Shown piece by piece: positions 1-10,199 of a DNA stretch of 64,000 nucleotides (position 1 is the stretch's first letter; each line of letters starts with the position of its first letter). Both the position numbers and the translations under genes were made by a program. Source of the DNA: Waterburya sp. (lineage in GTDB: Bacteria > Cyanobacteriota > Cyanobacteriia > Cyanobacteriales > Xenococcaceae); contig CBDCJV010000002.1 in assembly GCA_965217895.1 (NCBI GenBank), forward strand, positions 1,728,001 to 1,792,000, read 5' to 3'. Below the pieces are notes generated by a model that saw only the letters and a list, made by a program, of their open reading frames with translations, was not told the DNA's origin and ran no database searches.

Positions 1-214
1 ATTAAAGCAATATTTTGTAATATTCCTAGAATAGTCTCAGATTAACTCGCTGTTGCTATCAGGAATCGCATATTTGTTCTTCTTCTCACGCATTTTTTTG
101 AGTGGGACGGTTTTCATGCACATAAGTAAACAAACGTTCTTAGAGACAAATTGTTCGGTGAGATCGTCTACAGGCGATTAAAAACACAATATTTAGATCA
201 TTAACACAGATTCT

Positions 215-1288
215 ATGACAGCAACATTACCAGCATCGCCACAAAGTTTAAAATCGACCCAATTAGACGACAATATCAAACTTAGAGATATTATCAATAC
301 ATTACCTAAAGAAGTTTTTATTAAAAATCCTCGTAAGGCATGGTCAAAGCTAGTTATTAATGTCTTGTGTGTTGCTTTAGGCTACTGGACAGTGGCAGTT
401 TCACCCTGGTACTTACTACCTGTTGCTTGGATATTTTTAGGCACAAGCTTACAAGGCTTATTCGTCATCGCCCATGATTGTGGTCATCGTTCCTTCTCTA
501 ACCGTATTTGGGTAAACGATTTAGTGGGACACGTTATGACTCTGCCAATTATTTATCCCTTCCATGCTTGGCGTATTTTACATAACTATCATCACAAGCA
601 TACAAATAAGCTGGATGTAGATAATGCCTGGGCTCCTTTTACTCCTGAGACGTATGATAATTGTTCTCCCACTATACAGTGGCTATATCGTCGAATGCGA
701 GGTTGGTTTTGGGGGTTTGGTTCAATTATACATTGGGCAAAACTACACTTTATTTGGAGTAAGTTTGAAGGTAAACAAAGAGAACAGGTTCGCTTATCGG
801 TACTAGTAGTTTTAATTGGCGGTGGTATTATTTATTCCACTTTGTTTATCACTACAGGATTTGTTGGCTTAGTTAAGTTTTGGCTTATGCCTTGGTTGGT
901 ATATCATTTCTGGATGAGTACCTTCACTATGTTTCATCACACTATGCCTGAAATTCCTTTCAAGGCAGAAAATGAATGGAATGAAGCTCGCGCTCAACTA
1001 TCGGGTACGGTAAACTGCAAGTATCCTTGGTGGGTAGAGTTTCTTTGTCACGATATTAATGTGCATATCCCTCATCACCTAACTACGGGGATTCCCTGGT
1101 ATAACTTGCGTTTGGCTCACGATAGTTTAGTAGAAAATTGGGGTGATTATCTTTATCCTGACTGCACCTTTAACTGGAAACTAATTCAGAAGGTAACTAA
1201 AGACTGTCATCTGTATGAAGAAAAAAATAACTATCAAAGTATAGAAAAGTATTACTTGTCTAAATCAAACTATGCTAACGATATTTAG
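215..1288 (+). CDS. desA: Acyl-lipid (delta-12-type) fatty acid desaturase
   Basis: Three His boxes (HDCGH, HNYHH, HIPHH) and hydrophobic segments; regiospecificity inferred from resemblance to cyanobacterial DesA. Confidence 0.75.
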   Translation: MTATLPASPQSLKSTQLDDNIKLRDIINTLPKEVFIKNPRKAWSKLVINVLCVALGYWTVAVSPWYLLPVAWIFLGTSLQGLFVIAHDCGHRSFSNRIWVNDLVGHVMTLPIIYPFHAWRILHNYHHKHTNKLDVDNAWAPFTPETYDNCSPTIQWLYRRMRGWFWGFGSIIHWAKLHFIWSKFEGKQREQVRLSVLVVLIGGGIIYSTLFITTGFVGLVKFWLMPWLVYHFWMSTFTMFHHTMPEIPFKAENEWNEARAQLSGTVNCKYPWWVEFLCHDINVHIPHHLTTGIPWYNLRLAHDSLVENWGDYLYPDCTFNWKLIQKVTKDCHLYEEKNNYQSIEKYYLSKSNYANDI

Positions 1289-1357
1289 GACTTGTGGGAT
1301 ATGGTAAATACTGTATCCTTTTTTTTTACTCTTTTGGTAGGTCGAAACGATTGAAAA

Positions 1358-2797
1358 CTAATTGGACTTTAAACGATTAGTTAACCTTGCTTTCAATTCA
1401 GATTTAATACGATTGAGAATTGATTCTTCATCTAAAGAATCAAGAATTTTTTGGACTACTACCTTAGGACTTTGTTCTCCCCAGGATGCTCCATTGGCTA
1501 GATAGGTTTTTGTTACCTGCCCAATAGCGTAAGAAGATACGCCTCCTACTCCTCCTTGAGCGATCGCCACAGACAAATAGGGAGCAAGGGACAAACCTCC
1601 CGTGGCAGGAATAGCCAAGCCTAAAATTCCTTTAAGAGAGCTTAATCCTAGAGTGGCAAGCAGTTCGCTGGCACTAATTCCTCCCATGCTCAAAGCAATG
1701 CTCTTTAGAAGTTTTACTGCTCCTGATTGAGTCATGGTAATGCCATACAGACGGGATAGAGAAATAATTATCCCCACATCAATAATCGCTCCAGAGAACA
1801 AATCGATCGCCGTTACGGGATTAAGAGCGATCGCCATCGCTTTGACCATCATTCCCTTATTAATAAGCTCATTGGCAGCCTGATCGCGAATTGCCAGTTT
1901 ACGCTGTAGTAACTGCTCGTTTACTTCGTCAGCAAACAGCATACTGTTAAGAGCCACCAGAGATTTTCCTTCACGGTGTAATAATTCCAGAATTTTAAGC
2001 TGCAAAGATGCTACCTGTGGTTTGCCTGGAATCCGCTGCACTTTAATTCTGCCTGCTTTGTCTTTTATCCCTCTAACTTCAATCGGCGATGCAGCCACCA
2101 TAATAATTTCATCGGGGGAAATTAATTCTTTAACTCTCTCTTCTTTGATTTTTTGGTAGATAGCTAACCTGTCGGCTTGGGGATATTGATCGATTTTGTT
2201 AAACACCAACAGCATTGGTTTACCTGCTTCTCTGAGCTTTGCTAAAGCACGATATTCCACCTGGGTAATATCCCCTGAAACCATAAATAAGATTAGATCG
2301 ACTCGTTTAGCCAAATCACACGCCAAAGCTTCTCTGGCTTCGCCGTTAACCTCATCAATTCCTGGAGTATCGATTAGTTGAATTTGTCCTGCTTTGCCTG
2401 GGACGATCAGGCGTTGAAGATTTTCAGAAGTTTCGGCAATTTGTTCTGGGGTTAGGTGCCATTTTATAGTATCTATACTGCGAGTTACTCCGTGAAGCGC
2501 GCCTGTGGGAAAAATATTTTGCCCTACTAAGGCATTTAGGACAGAAGATTTGCCTCTACCTACCATGCCAAAAGCTGCAATCTGCACTACCGAATGCTCT
2601 AGTTTATCAAGCATGAAACTTAAGCGATCAATCTCTGATTCTAAGCCAGCTTGTTCTTCAGCAGTTAGATCGATATTACTAATTACATCCCGTAAAGAAT
2701 TCTGAGCTTGACGATAATTTAACTCAGCAGTAATTTCTTCAAAGCTAAAAAGCGTTTGTTTCAACTCTGTCTGATTTTTAGCTTCTTTTTTTGACAA
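1358..2797 (-). CDS. Era-like GTP-binding protein with C-terminal DUF697 domain
   Basis: G1 GMVGRGKSS, G3 DTPG, G4 NKID; Gly/Ala-rich hydrophobic C-terminus. Confidence 0.85.
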   Translation of the reverse strand: MSKKEAKNQTELKQTLFSFEEITAELNYRQAQNSLRDVISNIDLTAEEQAGLESEIDRLSFMLDKLEHSVVQIAAFGMVGRGKSSVLNALVGQNIFPTGALHGVTRSIDTIKWHLTPEQIAETSENLQRLIVPGKAGQIQLIDTPGIDEVNGEAREALACDLAKRVDLILFMVSGDITQVEYRALAKLREAGKPMLLVFNKIDQYPQADRLAIYQKIKEERVKELISPDEIIMVAASPIEVRGIKDKAGRIKVQRIPGKPQVASLQLKILELLHREGKSLVALNSMLFADEVNEQLLQRKLAIRDQAANELINKGMMVKAMAIALNPVTAIDLFSGAIIDVGIIISLSRLYGITMTQSGAVKLLKSIALSMGGISASELLATLGLSSLKGILGLAIPATGGLSLAPYLSVAIAQGGVGGVSSYAIGQVTKTYLANGASWGEQSPKVVVQKILDSLDEESILNRIKSELKARLTNRLKSN

Positions 2798-2887
2798 TTC
2801 ACAATCCCTCCTATTGGCAGTTAGTAATTAATTATCAGCGATCGCCAGCTTGAAGCAACCAAATTGTATTGATATATGGTGCAACGT

Positions 2888-3550
2888 CTAATTTTCTTCT
2901 AAACGCTTTAAGGATATTTCTGCTGCTTCTTTTACTTGGGGGTGTATATCTTTAGCTAAAAACTTCAAGGCAGATGTGCTTTTCTCTGTTTTCAAATTAC
3001 CGAGTGCTTCTGCTAACCTTTGGCGAATTAACCAATCTTCTGAACCAGCAAAATTAAGAATTTTATCTACTGCTTCAGTGGCGTTGATTTCTCCTAAAGC
3101 AGCGATCGCAGCCTGCTGAAGAATTACTTCCTCACTATCTAAAGCCTCCATTAACAATTCCTTGGCGCGAATATCCTGCAAATTACCAAGAGAAACTGCA
3201 GCACTAAATCTGACTAGCCAATTATCATCTTCATAAAATGCCCTCACTAGATGTTCAAAGGCACGAATATCATTTAAGTAGCCTAATGCCCCTGCTGCAT
3301 CCGCTCGAATGCCATAATCTGGATCGGTTGCCAATAAATCGATTAGCAGTGGAAAACATTCCTTGGTTGGCTTTATCCCTAGAGCAAATACCGCCATCGA
3401 ACGCACAGGAAGTATTTCATCATTTAAAACTTTTTTAATTAAGGGAACAGCATCTTCTGGTGCAACTTGTCTCAAGGAAGTTAAAGCCAATAAACGATCC
3501 TTAGAATTAGGGCTTTCTAGCTGCCTGGCAATCTTTTCTAAATCTGGCAT
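2888..3550 (-). CDS. nblB: HEAT-repeat PBS-lyase-like protein (NblB-like)
   Basis: Repeated VRxxAAxALG HEAT units, 220 aa. Confidence 0.6.
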   Translation of the reverse strand: MPDLEKIARQLESPNSKDRLLALTSLRQVAPEDAVPLIKKVLNDEILPVRSMAVFALGIKPTKECFPLLIDLLATDPDYGIRADAAGALGYLNDIRAFEHLVRAFYEDDNWLVRFSAAVSLGNLQDIRAKELLMEALDSEEVILQQAAIAALGEINATEAVDKILNFAGSEDWLIRQRLAEALGNLKTEKSTSALKFLAKDIHPQVKEAAEISLKRLEEN

Positions 3551-3721
3551 TTGGATGATAGTTAGTTATTAAATCAGTACTATTTTTATCTTAGAGGGTT
3601 TAAATAATAATACTTAAGAGACTTTCCCTACTTGCCAACTGTAGATATTTGGTATAGAGAACGCCTGATGTGAATTACTTCTTTCAGATTCATTGGTTTT
3701 CAGCTATTAGCTCTTAGCTAC

Positions 3722-3852
3722 TATAGCGTTTCTCTTATTTACGAGATGCACCTTAGTTGTGTCTGGTTAAGGGGAAAAGGCAAAAGGGCAAAGGTTTTGC
3801 GCTTTTTTCCAGAACTTAGTTAATGTACCTCATTGATTTGAGAATTGCTATA
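3722..3852. mobile_element. MITE with TA-bounded terminal inverted repeats
   Basis: Ends TATAGCGTTTCTC ... GAGAATTGCTATA; internal AAAAGGG/C heptamers. Confidence 0.65.
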
Positions 3853-3873
3853 CATGAATTTCAACCAGCAAAA

Positions 3874-4320
3874 CTATTTTCTCATCTTCTTATGAGTTGA
3901 AGATTCTTCAAATACAGTAAATCCTAATCTTGCATATAATTTCTCAGCAGGATTACCTTTAACGATTTTTAACCACAATTTTTTGTTTTGTGATTGTGCT
4001 TGCTTAATAATTGACTGGATCAGATTCGTTCCTATTCCTTGTTTTTGATGTTGCCTATCAATCTGAATCTCTGCTAAATAAATATCTGTTTTTGAAGTAA
4101 CAACTTTGATAAAGCCTAAGATTTGTCTTTTCTTTTCAATTACTTGATAGTTTTCTGGAATGAAACAAGCGCGAAAAAGCTGAGGATTCCAAGGATAAAC
4201 TTTTTCAACATAGTTTCTCATATTTTCAGCGTGGATTTTATCTAATAGTTCGATATCATCTGCTTTAGCTTGGCGAATTATATATCGTTTAGAATCATCA
4301 CCCCATTTGTCTGTCTTCAT
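3874..4320 (-). CDS. GNAT family N-acetyltransferase
   Basis: Motif A QKQGIGT; C-terminal NPAEKLYARLGF. Confidence 0.9.
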   Translation of the reverse strand: MKTDKWGDDSKRYIIRQAKADDIELLDKIHAENMRNYVEKVYPWNPQLFRACFIPENYQVIEKKRQILGFIKVVTSKTDIYLAEIQIDRQHQKQGIGTNLIQSIIKQAQSQNKKLWLKIVKGNPAEKLYARLGFTVFEESSTHKKMRK

Positions 4321-4390
4321 CTGTTAACTCTAATTAATTCAATTTAATTGAAAACAATGTCTAGAAAAGTTCTTAAACGATAATTATTAA

Positions 4391-5035
4391 TTAGAGAATT
4401 TCTAACAAATGATCTCGCGTGTACACTACTCTCGAATGTCTTAAGTTTCCTTTATTCCAAACTAGATAAAGATTGTTACGAGGATAAAATTCTGTCTGAT
4501 GTAAAAGACGGAGATTGCCAGTCTGTAGCTTTTGTTCACACAGATATTTTGGTAAAACAGTATAACCTTGACTAAAAGATACAAGCGATCGCACTATTCT
4601 TAAATCAGCAACAGTCACCGTCGCCTGAATATCTAGTTGAATTTGAAATACCTCGGCAAAATATTGACGAACTAATGGTAAATCTTCATCGTAGGCGATC
4701 AAAGGCAAACTCAATAATTGCCGTGGATCGAATGGTTTAATTAAATGTTGCTTTTCCCAATCAGCAGCAGCAACTAAAATCAAAGTCTCCTGCTCAATTT
4801 CAGCATAATCTAAAGCTTTACTTTGAGGTTGAGATGCGGTGATTGCCAGATCTACTGTGCCATCATCCAATAGTTGATAAATGCGTTCTTTTCCACCTAA
4901 ATGAATTCTGACTTTGAGATCGTGAGCCAATAAAGATGCGATCGCGGGTAATACTTTAGCATCTAAAAATTCGGCTGGGGTTGCCAAATGAATTGTACCA
5001 GCAACGGTTGCAATACGCGATCGCACCGCATTAAA
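4391..5035 (-). pseudogene. LysR-family regulator, 5'-truncated (substrate-binding domain only)
   Basis: LLDDGTVDLAI and LPLIAY LysR substrate domain; no N-terminal HTH; in-frame TAG just upstream of about 5035. Confidence 0.8.
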
Positions 5036-5400
5036 CTACGAGATGGTGCGCCCGTTAAACCAGAATCTGCTCAATCAGAATCTTAGAAGACATCTAAAAA
5101 ATTACTTTCTTACAACCTAATCTCCTAATTTCGCCCCCCCGCCCCCAAGTTTGGGGTAGGGCTGTTTCATTCTCTAAAAAAGAAATGCGATCGCGAATAA
5201 GTATATTTACTATTCCTATCAATGGCACAAAGAAAGTAATAATGGCAAATTATGGCTTAAATAACTGATTGCCTCGGTCATAGAATCGAAACCATGAACT
5301 CTCAGTAGGTTAATAACCCAACTTTTAATCAAGGAGATGTTTGTAGATGCTTTGCCGTGAAGTTGAGGGCTGTTATCTTCTTTCGTTACGACATCCTTAA

Positions 5401-5442
5401 ACGGCACTCAATACGGCGACGCAGGTTCGCCGTCCGTACCTC
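5401..5442 (-). repeat. 42-bp hairpin micro-element (GAGG...CCGT family)
   Basis: Removing it restores transposase codons W-H-W-V-K-D; related to 51442-51486. Confidence 0.8.
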
Positions 5443-5489
5443 CCCAATGCCAACGATTCTCGATACCCCAATGTCGGCCAATACCTTGG

Positions 5490-5863
5490 GGAATAAGCCA
5501 AGAAGTTGCTGTTCACAAGTAGCAGTAGCGCAGCCTGGAGGCTGCCGACGTTGCTCCGCAACGGCTAGACGCGAAGCGCGTCTGCAAGTTCAACCTCTGC
5601 CACAGCAAGCAAAGCTTGCAAAGTCGTCGAAGACGACGACATGGAGCGATAGCTCCTGTGTCAGACAAAGGGCTTGCCCGCATGTATTCAAGAGTTGAAT
5701 TATTTTTTCACCTTTTCCTCATCAATGAAGAGGCTGCATATCCAACTTCGGAGTTTTTCTTAATTGCTATCTGCTATTTGCACACGCTGGAGCGTGTCGC
5801 CATCGCGAAGCGATGTCGGCGTTCTCCAGAACGCGCTACTTGCTACTTAACTCCGAAGGAGTT
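5490..5863. repeat. Composite array of short GC-rich hairpins and STRR heptamers inside the ISAs1 transposase
   Basis: About ten 5-7 bp stems with 3-4 nt loops (TGGA, GAA, TCC, AAA, GATA), flanked by AAGTAGC/AAATAGC heptamers. Confidence 0.85.
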
Positions 5864-6651
5864 GGGTAAAGAACTAATGTAATAAGTAGCCGAATCCGAT
5901 TCATAATTATGATTACCTCTAATTCCCGAACGGAAAATCTTAATCACACTATAAACTCCAATCCAGCAAGAATTAAGATTTAGTGGAGGCTCAAATACTT
6001 CTACAGTTCGATGAGTTAGTCTGTTTCTAGTTTTTTCCGACTGCTTAAAGCGACGAATCGCAGTCTTATTGAGTGTTTGAAATTCTATTAGAGAAATGCA
6101 ATATCTTTCTCACTTTGTTTCTTATTTTCCCTAACTTTTATGCCTAAAATTTCCCCGCCTTCATGAGTCAAAGCCGAAACCATCATGACGAAGTTTTGCT
6201 GTTGTCCATAACAGTCGTTGACAGTATTTTTCAAACTTTTGCCATCAATTGCAATCCATTGACCTTGACTATTGTGAGTATACTGAGATGCCCATTCATT
6301 AAATACTTGAGTTACTGCCTCATAGTCTAAGCTCATCATTACCCTTCTCATTGTCGAATAAGATGGAACTCTAGCTTGTGGGATTTTGAGCGTTTCAATT
6401 AATTGACGGCGATGCCGTTCGACAAATCTGCCCAAACCTCGATATCCCCAATAACCGCTCATTATGCCTAAAATCGTTATCAATAATATCAGCCACAAAG
6501 AATGCCTTCGACCACCTGCTTTTCGCTCATCAGGTATTTGTTTCAAATAGTCAATTAAGCTTTTATCAAAGTTTTTTAAAGTCATTGAGCGGTTAAATTA
6601 GGTTTTATATCAATTTACCGCACTTTAGCTTTAGAATGAAACAGCCCTACC

Positions 6652-7273
6652 AGGTGTTGGGGGTAAAAGCACTTCCCCTTCGGTAGAGATTGGTCTTCAA
6701 TCCGAAAAGCGGGGATAAAAGCGGTTCTGACTGGAAGTCTAATCTGGTTCACCGCAAGCAAGAAACCCATGGGTAGCGAAAGCAAAGTATCCTCAAATTC
6801 CGTTACAAACAAATAGCCCAAAAGACTGATAGGCTATTGCCAAAAGGCAACAGGGCAAAACAACAGACATTAAAATATCATCTTTTAATGTTCAACATCC
6901 AAAACCCTCGGAACATAGGATTAGTAAACATCGTTAGTCTGAAACAGCAAAAATAGACTATTGGCTGTAGCCAAAAGGCAATAAATCTAGCTGATTTATA
7001 ATTGTTTATTTCTAAATCCACACCAGCTATAGATTTCGGTGGAAGTTTACACCCTAAAGGTTCCAACCAACGGATATTCGGAACGAGGAAACCCCTCCAT
7101 AACTCTCAGCAATGGTCGAACTTGTTGAGTAGTCAATTAAGACGCAATATCTCTAGAAATAGAGGTTATAGAGGGAGTAGGATTCGGTAAAAAGCTAATG
7201 CTCGTATGTAATGTATGAGATATGCCCACGTACCGACTGTAATTAGGAAGATAGTGAACAAGTAAGCGTAAAT
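6652..7273 (+). ncRNA. Group II intron ribozyme 5' part (DI-DIII), relic
   Basis: Directly upstream of the RT ORF; motifs GGGTAGCGAAAG..GTATCCTC, GGAACGAGGAAACCCC and GGAGTAGGAT..AAAAAGCTAATG resemble cyanobacterial chloroplast-like introns; boundaries uncertain. Confidence 0.6.
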
Positions 7274-8038
7274 ATGTCTAAAACTGATTTAAAACAATTA
7301 AATACAGTGGAATGGAACGAGATTGATTGGCGAAAAGTCGAGAAATCTGTTTTTAAGCTCCAAAAGCGAATCTATCAAGCCAGCAAAGATGACAATGTAC
7401 GAAAGTTAAGAAGGAACGTCCTCAAGGAGAATAAAAAATCTCTCTCCCTTATTAGATACGCAGACGATTTCTTGATTATCCATGAAAACCTGGACGTAAT
7501 TAAAACTTGTCAAGAATTAATAGGACAATGGCTCTTGGAAATAGGATTAGAACTCAATCAAGAAAAAACCAAAATTGCACATACCCTCAATAACTACGAG
7601 GATAACAAACCAGGGTTCGATTTCTTAGGGTTCAACATTAGACAATTCCCAGTAGGAAAATACCAATCAGGTAAGAATACCAACGGCGAAAATCTAGGGT
7701 TCAAAACGATTATCAAACCATCAAAAGAAAAGGTAAAAGAACATTACCGCAAGCTAGCCAATATAGTAGACAACCTTAAGGCTGCACCGCAGCACGCACT
7801 GATTTCAAAACTTAACCCAGTGATTAGAGGATGGTATAACTACTACAGAACAGTTTGCAGCAAAGAAACATATTCCAAAATGAATCAATTGCTGTTCTAC
7901 AAACTTATTAAATGGGGATATCAAAGACATTCTAACAAGAGTAAAACTTGGTCTAACAATAAATACTGGCACACAATTGGTATGAATAACTTAGTTAGTT
8001 GTTTCGGCTACTTGTTTTATCGTTTTACCCGTCGATAG
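7274..8038 (+). pseudogene. Group II intron reverse transcriptase/maturase, internally deleted and 3'-truncated
   Basis: N-terminus WNEIDWRKVEKSVFKLQKRIY joined almost directly to LIRYADDF; GFDFLGF; maturase X domain LNPVIRGWYNYY; no endonuclease domain or DV/DVI seen. Confidence 0.9.
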
Positions 8039-8137
8039 CAACCAATATTACTTGGTAATGACGTTACTCGCATTACGATACCTGTTTAGTAGTTTTTGTG
8101 TGCTTAAATGCTGACTGAGAGAAAGTTTTTTTGGCAT
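7990..8137 (-). pseudogene. IS630-type transposase HTH N-terminal relic
   Basis: Frameshifted reading MPKKLSLSQHLSTQKLLNRYRNAS...WLLSTGKTIKQVAETT; upstream end GGCGTTGGTGAATC near 8276. Confidence 0.55.
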
Positions 8138-8318
8138 TACTACTTCATTTGAATGGATGCAGTTTTATTTCAATTGATTATCCGTACTTGATATTAGTAA
8201 AGGTTTCAGCCGTTGGCTTTTTTAATCCCGTAAAAAATTACAGTCTCAAAAAATCATACCTTGATTCACCAACGCCTACTATTCAATAAAATAATTTTGC
8301 CCACCCTATAAAACTGTT

Positions 8319-8819
8319 TTAATTGTCAACCTCCGTTGCTAATACCAAAGGCATTATTTCTGTAGCAGGAGAAAAGCTAATATTGTTAGTAATGCGATCG
8401 CGAATCAATTGAGCAATCATCTGGTTGAGACGATACATCTCTGGACAAGGATTATAGCGATATTTCACATCGACAATACGTTGTTTTTTGCGTGTAATGA
8501 CAGAAGAATTTTTCTTTTTTTCCTCTACTTGTTTACTGCGGTTACGCAGAAAAATATCGGGTTTTTCACTACTGTTTTTCACATCGGGTAAAGTTTCTAA
8601 TGCGGGATTTTGCCAATAGCCCCTGTAGTTTTCACTTTTAGGATTCTTGTATAGCTTAAAGCTGTCTATAGTCGGAATATATAAAGCATAAAATTCTCCT
8701 TCTTTAACTACATGAAAACATCCCCAGTCTTTTTCTTGTCGATTGAGTAAGATATCAAGAGTCAGTCCCAAAGACGGGAGATTATCAAGGTTAGTAGGAT
8801 AATTGTGATGGCTGTTCAT
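8319..8819 (-). CDS. Hypothetical protein
   Basis: 166-aa ATG ORF, no motif recognised. Confidence 0.6.
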   Translation of the reverse strand: MNSHHNYPTNLDNLPSLGLTLDILLNRQEKDWGCFHVVKEGEFYALYIPTIDSFKLYKNPKSENYRGYWQNPALETLPDVKNSSEKPDIFLRNRSKQVEEKKKNSSVITRKKQRIVDVKYRYNPCPEMYRLNQMIAQLIRDRITNNISFSPATEIMPLVLATEVDN

Positions 8820-8938
8820 AAACTTCAGAAATAAACTTCAAAATGTTTGTAGTATTGCCAATCAAACCAAGATATGGTCAATTGATTAAAGGCATAGTTT
8901 TATAAATTTTTTACAGGTATTAGCAAAACACTATAATC

Positions 8939-9463
8939 ATGGAGCTAAAGAAATTTCTAGATTTAAGTGAGGGAAGATGGTTTAGTCAGCGTACTAATTA
9001 TCTCTTAGGTGGGGACAAAGCAGACAACAGTAAAGCAGATATCACTATTGAAACCATCTCTGCTGATGATTTGCGAGCCGTTGAGCTATGTCAGAAACAT
9101 CATTTTGACCCTAATCTCATTATTGGTGGTACAGTGCAAAGCTGGGATAATTCTGTAGACTGGGGCAAAGACAAGCAGGTAGGCTCGGCAACTATAGTTT
9201 TGGTTAGTAACCCTGGTAGCGATCGCACTGGCAAAATAATTCGTCCTCAGGATGCTAAAGTATGCGGTCATTACGTTTTAGGCGCAGATGAAGCTTTAAC
9301 CTTGACCATTGAAAATGATCAAATGTACGCTGAAGAGCGTCAATGGTTTGCCAGCGATAACTTTAAAATGCGTACCACAGTTGTCAAATACCATGATGGC
9401 AGAAAACAAACCTCTTTCTATTCAGAAATTCGCAAAGCAGCACCCAAAGACAATGAGCAATGA
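8939..9463 (+). CDS. Phycobiliprotein lyase, CpcS/CpeS family
   Basis: SEGRWFSQRT, EERQWFASDNFKMRT, SFYSEIR signatures. Confidence 0.9.
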   Translation: MELKKFLDLSEGRWFSQRTNYLLGGDKADNSKADITIETISADDLRAVELCQKHHFDPNLIIGGTVQSWDNSVDWGKDKQVGSATIVLVSNPGSDRTGKIIRPQDAKVCGHYVLGADEALTLTIENDQMYAEERQWFASDNFKMRTTVVKYHDGRKQTSFYSEIRKAAPKDNEQ

Positions 9464-9550
9464 GCATCGAACAAATTGTAGGGTGGACATTTTAAGTTGA
9501 CTACAATAAGAATCGCTTATTTAACTAATGCCCACCAATCAGTAATTACA

Positions 9551-10198
9551 TTATCTTCTAGAATGTAGCTGGCGGTAGACATCACGGATATCGACGTTAT
9601 GATAAGCCAGAGCAACCAGGGTATGATAGAGTAAATCTGCTACTTCAGAGGCGATCGCCTTACTGTCATTATCTTTACAAGCCATGACTACTTCGGCTGA
9701 CTCTTCGCCAATTTTCTTGAGAATCTTATTATCTCCTCCTGCAAGCAAACTACAGGTATAAGAAGTCTCGCTGGGATGAGCTTGGCGATCGCGAATGACT
9801 CGGTATACTTCTGATAAGGTATCGGCTGGAGGAGCTTTTTTATTTTTGCTTTCGCCTACTTGATGGAAACAGCTTCGCTCTCCCGTATGGCAAGCAATAT
9901 CGCCTACCTGCTCAATAATAACGAGTAAAGCATCACTATCACAGTCATAACGTAATGACTGAACCTTTTGAATATGCCCCGAAGTTGCCCCTTTATGCCA
10001 CAATTCCTGACGCGATCGACTCCAATACCAGGCTTCTTTTGTTTCAAGGGTTTTTTGTAATGACTCCTTGTTCATCCACGCCAACATTAAAACCGTACCG
10101 TCAAGATAATCTTGAGCGATCGCAGGTACTAATCCCTGCTCGTTGTAGCGAATTTCATCCAGAGGAATATTGCAATTATTGATTGTGCTTGAGGACAT
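9551..10198 (-). CDS. hisIE: Bifunctional phosphoribosyl-AMP cyclohydrolase / phosphoribosyl-ATP pyrophosphatase
   Basis: [36 protein letters not shown]. Confidence 0.97.
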   Translation of the reverse strand: MSSSTINNCNIPLDEIRYNEQGLVPAIAQDYLDGTVLMLAWMNKESLQKTLETKEAWYWSRSRQELWHKGATSGHIQKVQSLRYDCDSDALLVIIEQVGDIACHTGERSCFHQVGESKNKKAPPADTLSEVYRVIRDRQAHPSETSYTCSLLAGGDNKILKKIGEESAEVVMACKDNDSKAIASEVADLLYHTLVALAYHNVDIRDVYRQLHSRR

Positions 10199-10199
10199 T

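Larger units (their letters stand above)
5157..6649 (-). mobile_element. ISAs1-family insertion sequence, degenerate
   Basis: TIRs TAGGGCTGTTTCATTCT / AGAATGAAACAGCCCTA; transposase pieces 6088-6585 (IAIDGKSL), about 5865-6085 (TYYISSL) and 5219-5490 (HWGIENRWHW..KDVVTKED); internal deletion plus GC-rich inserts. Confidence 0.9.

Noticed and set aside
5046..5060. GTGCGCCCG as the 5' end of the group II intron, separated by ISAs1
   Set aside because: The motif and position are suggestive, but I cannot show domain I pairing across the IS; unsupported without an intact copy.
5700..5735. Hammerhead-like TGATGAG...GAAA on the minus strand
   Set aside because: The core lacks the leading C, and no stem II or III can be formed.
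5490..5863. Hairpin array as a CRISPR array, retron msr/msd or DGR template linked to the nearby RT
   Set aside because: No identical repeats with spacers, no cas genes and no TR/VR pair. The RT has group II intron N-terminal and maturase signatures, and the array lies inside the ISAs1 TIRs.
5357..5882. Plus-strand ORFs of 113 and 88 aa
   Set aside because: They are by-products of GC-rich hairpin inserts antisense to the ISAs1 relic, with no protein-like motifs.
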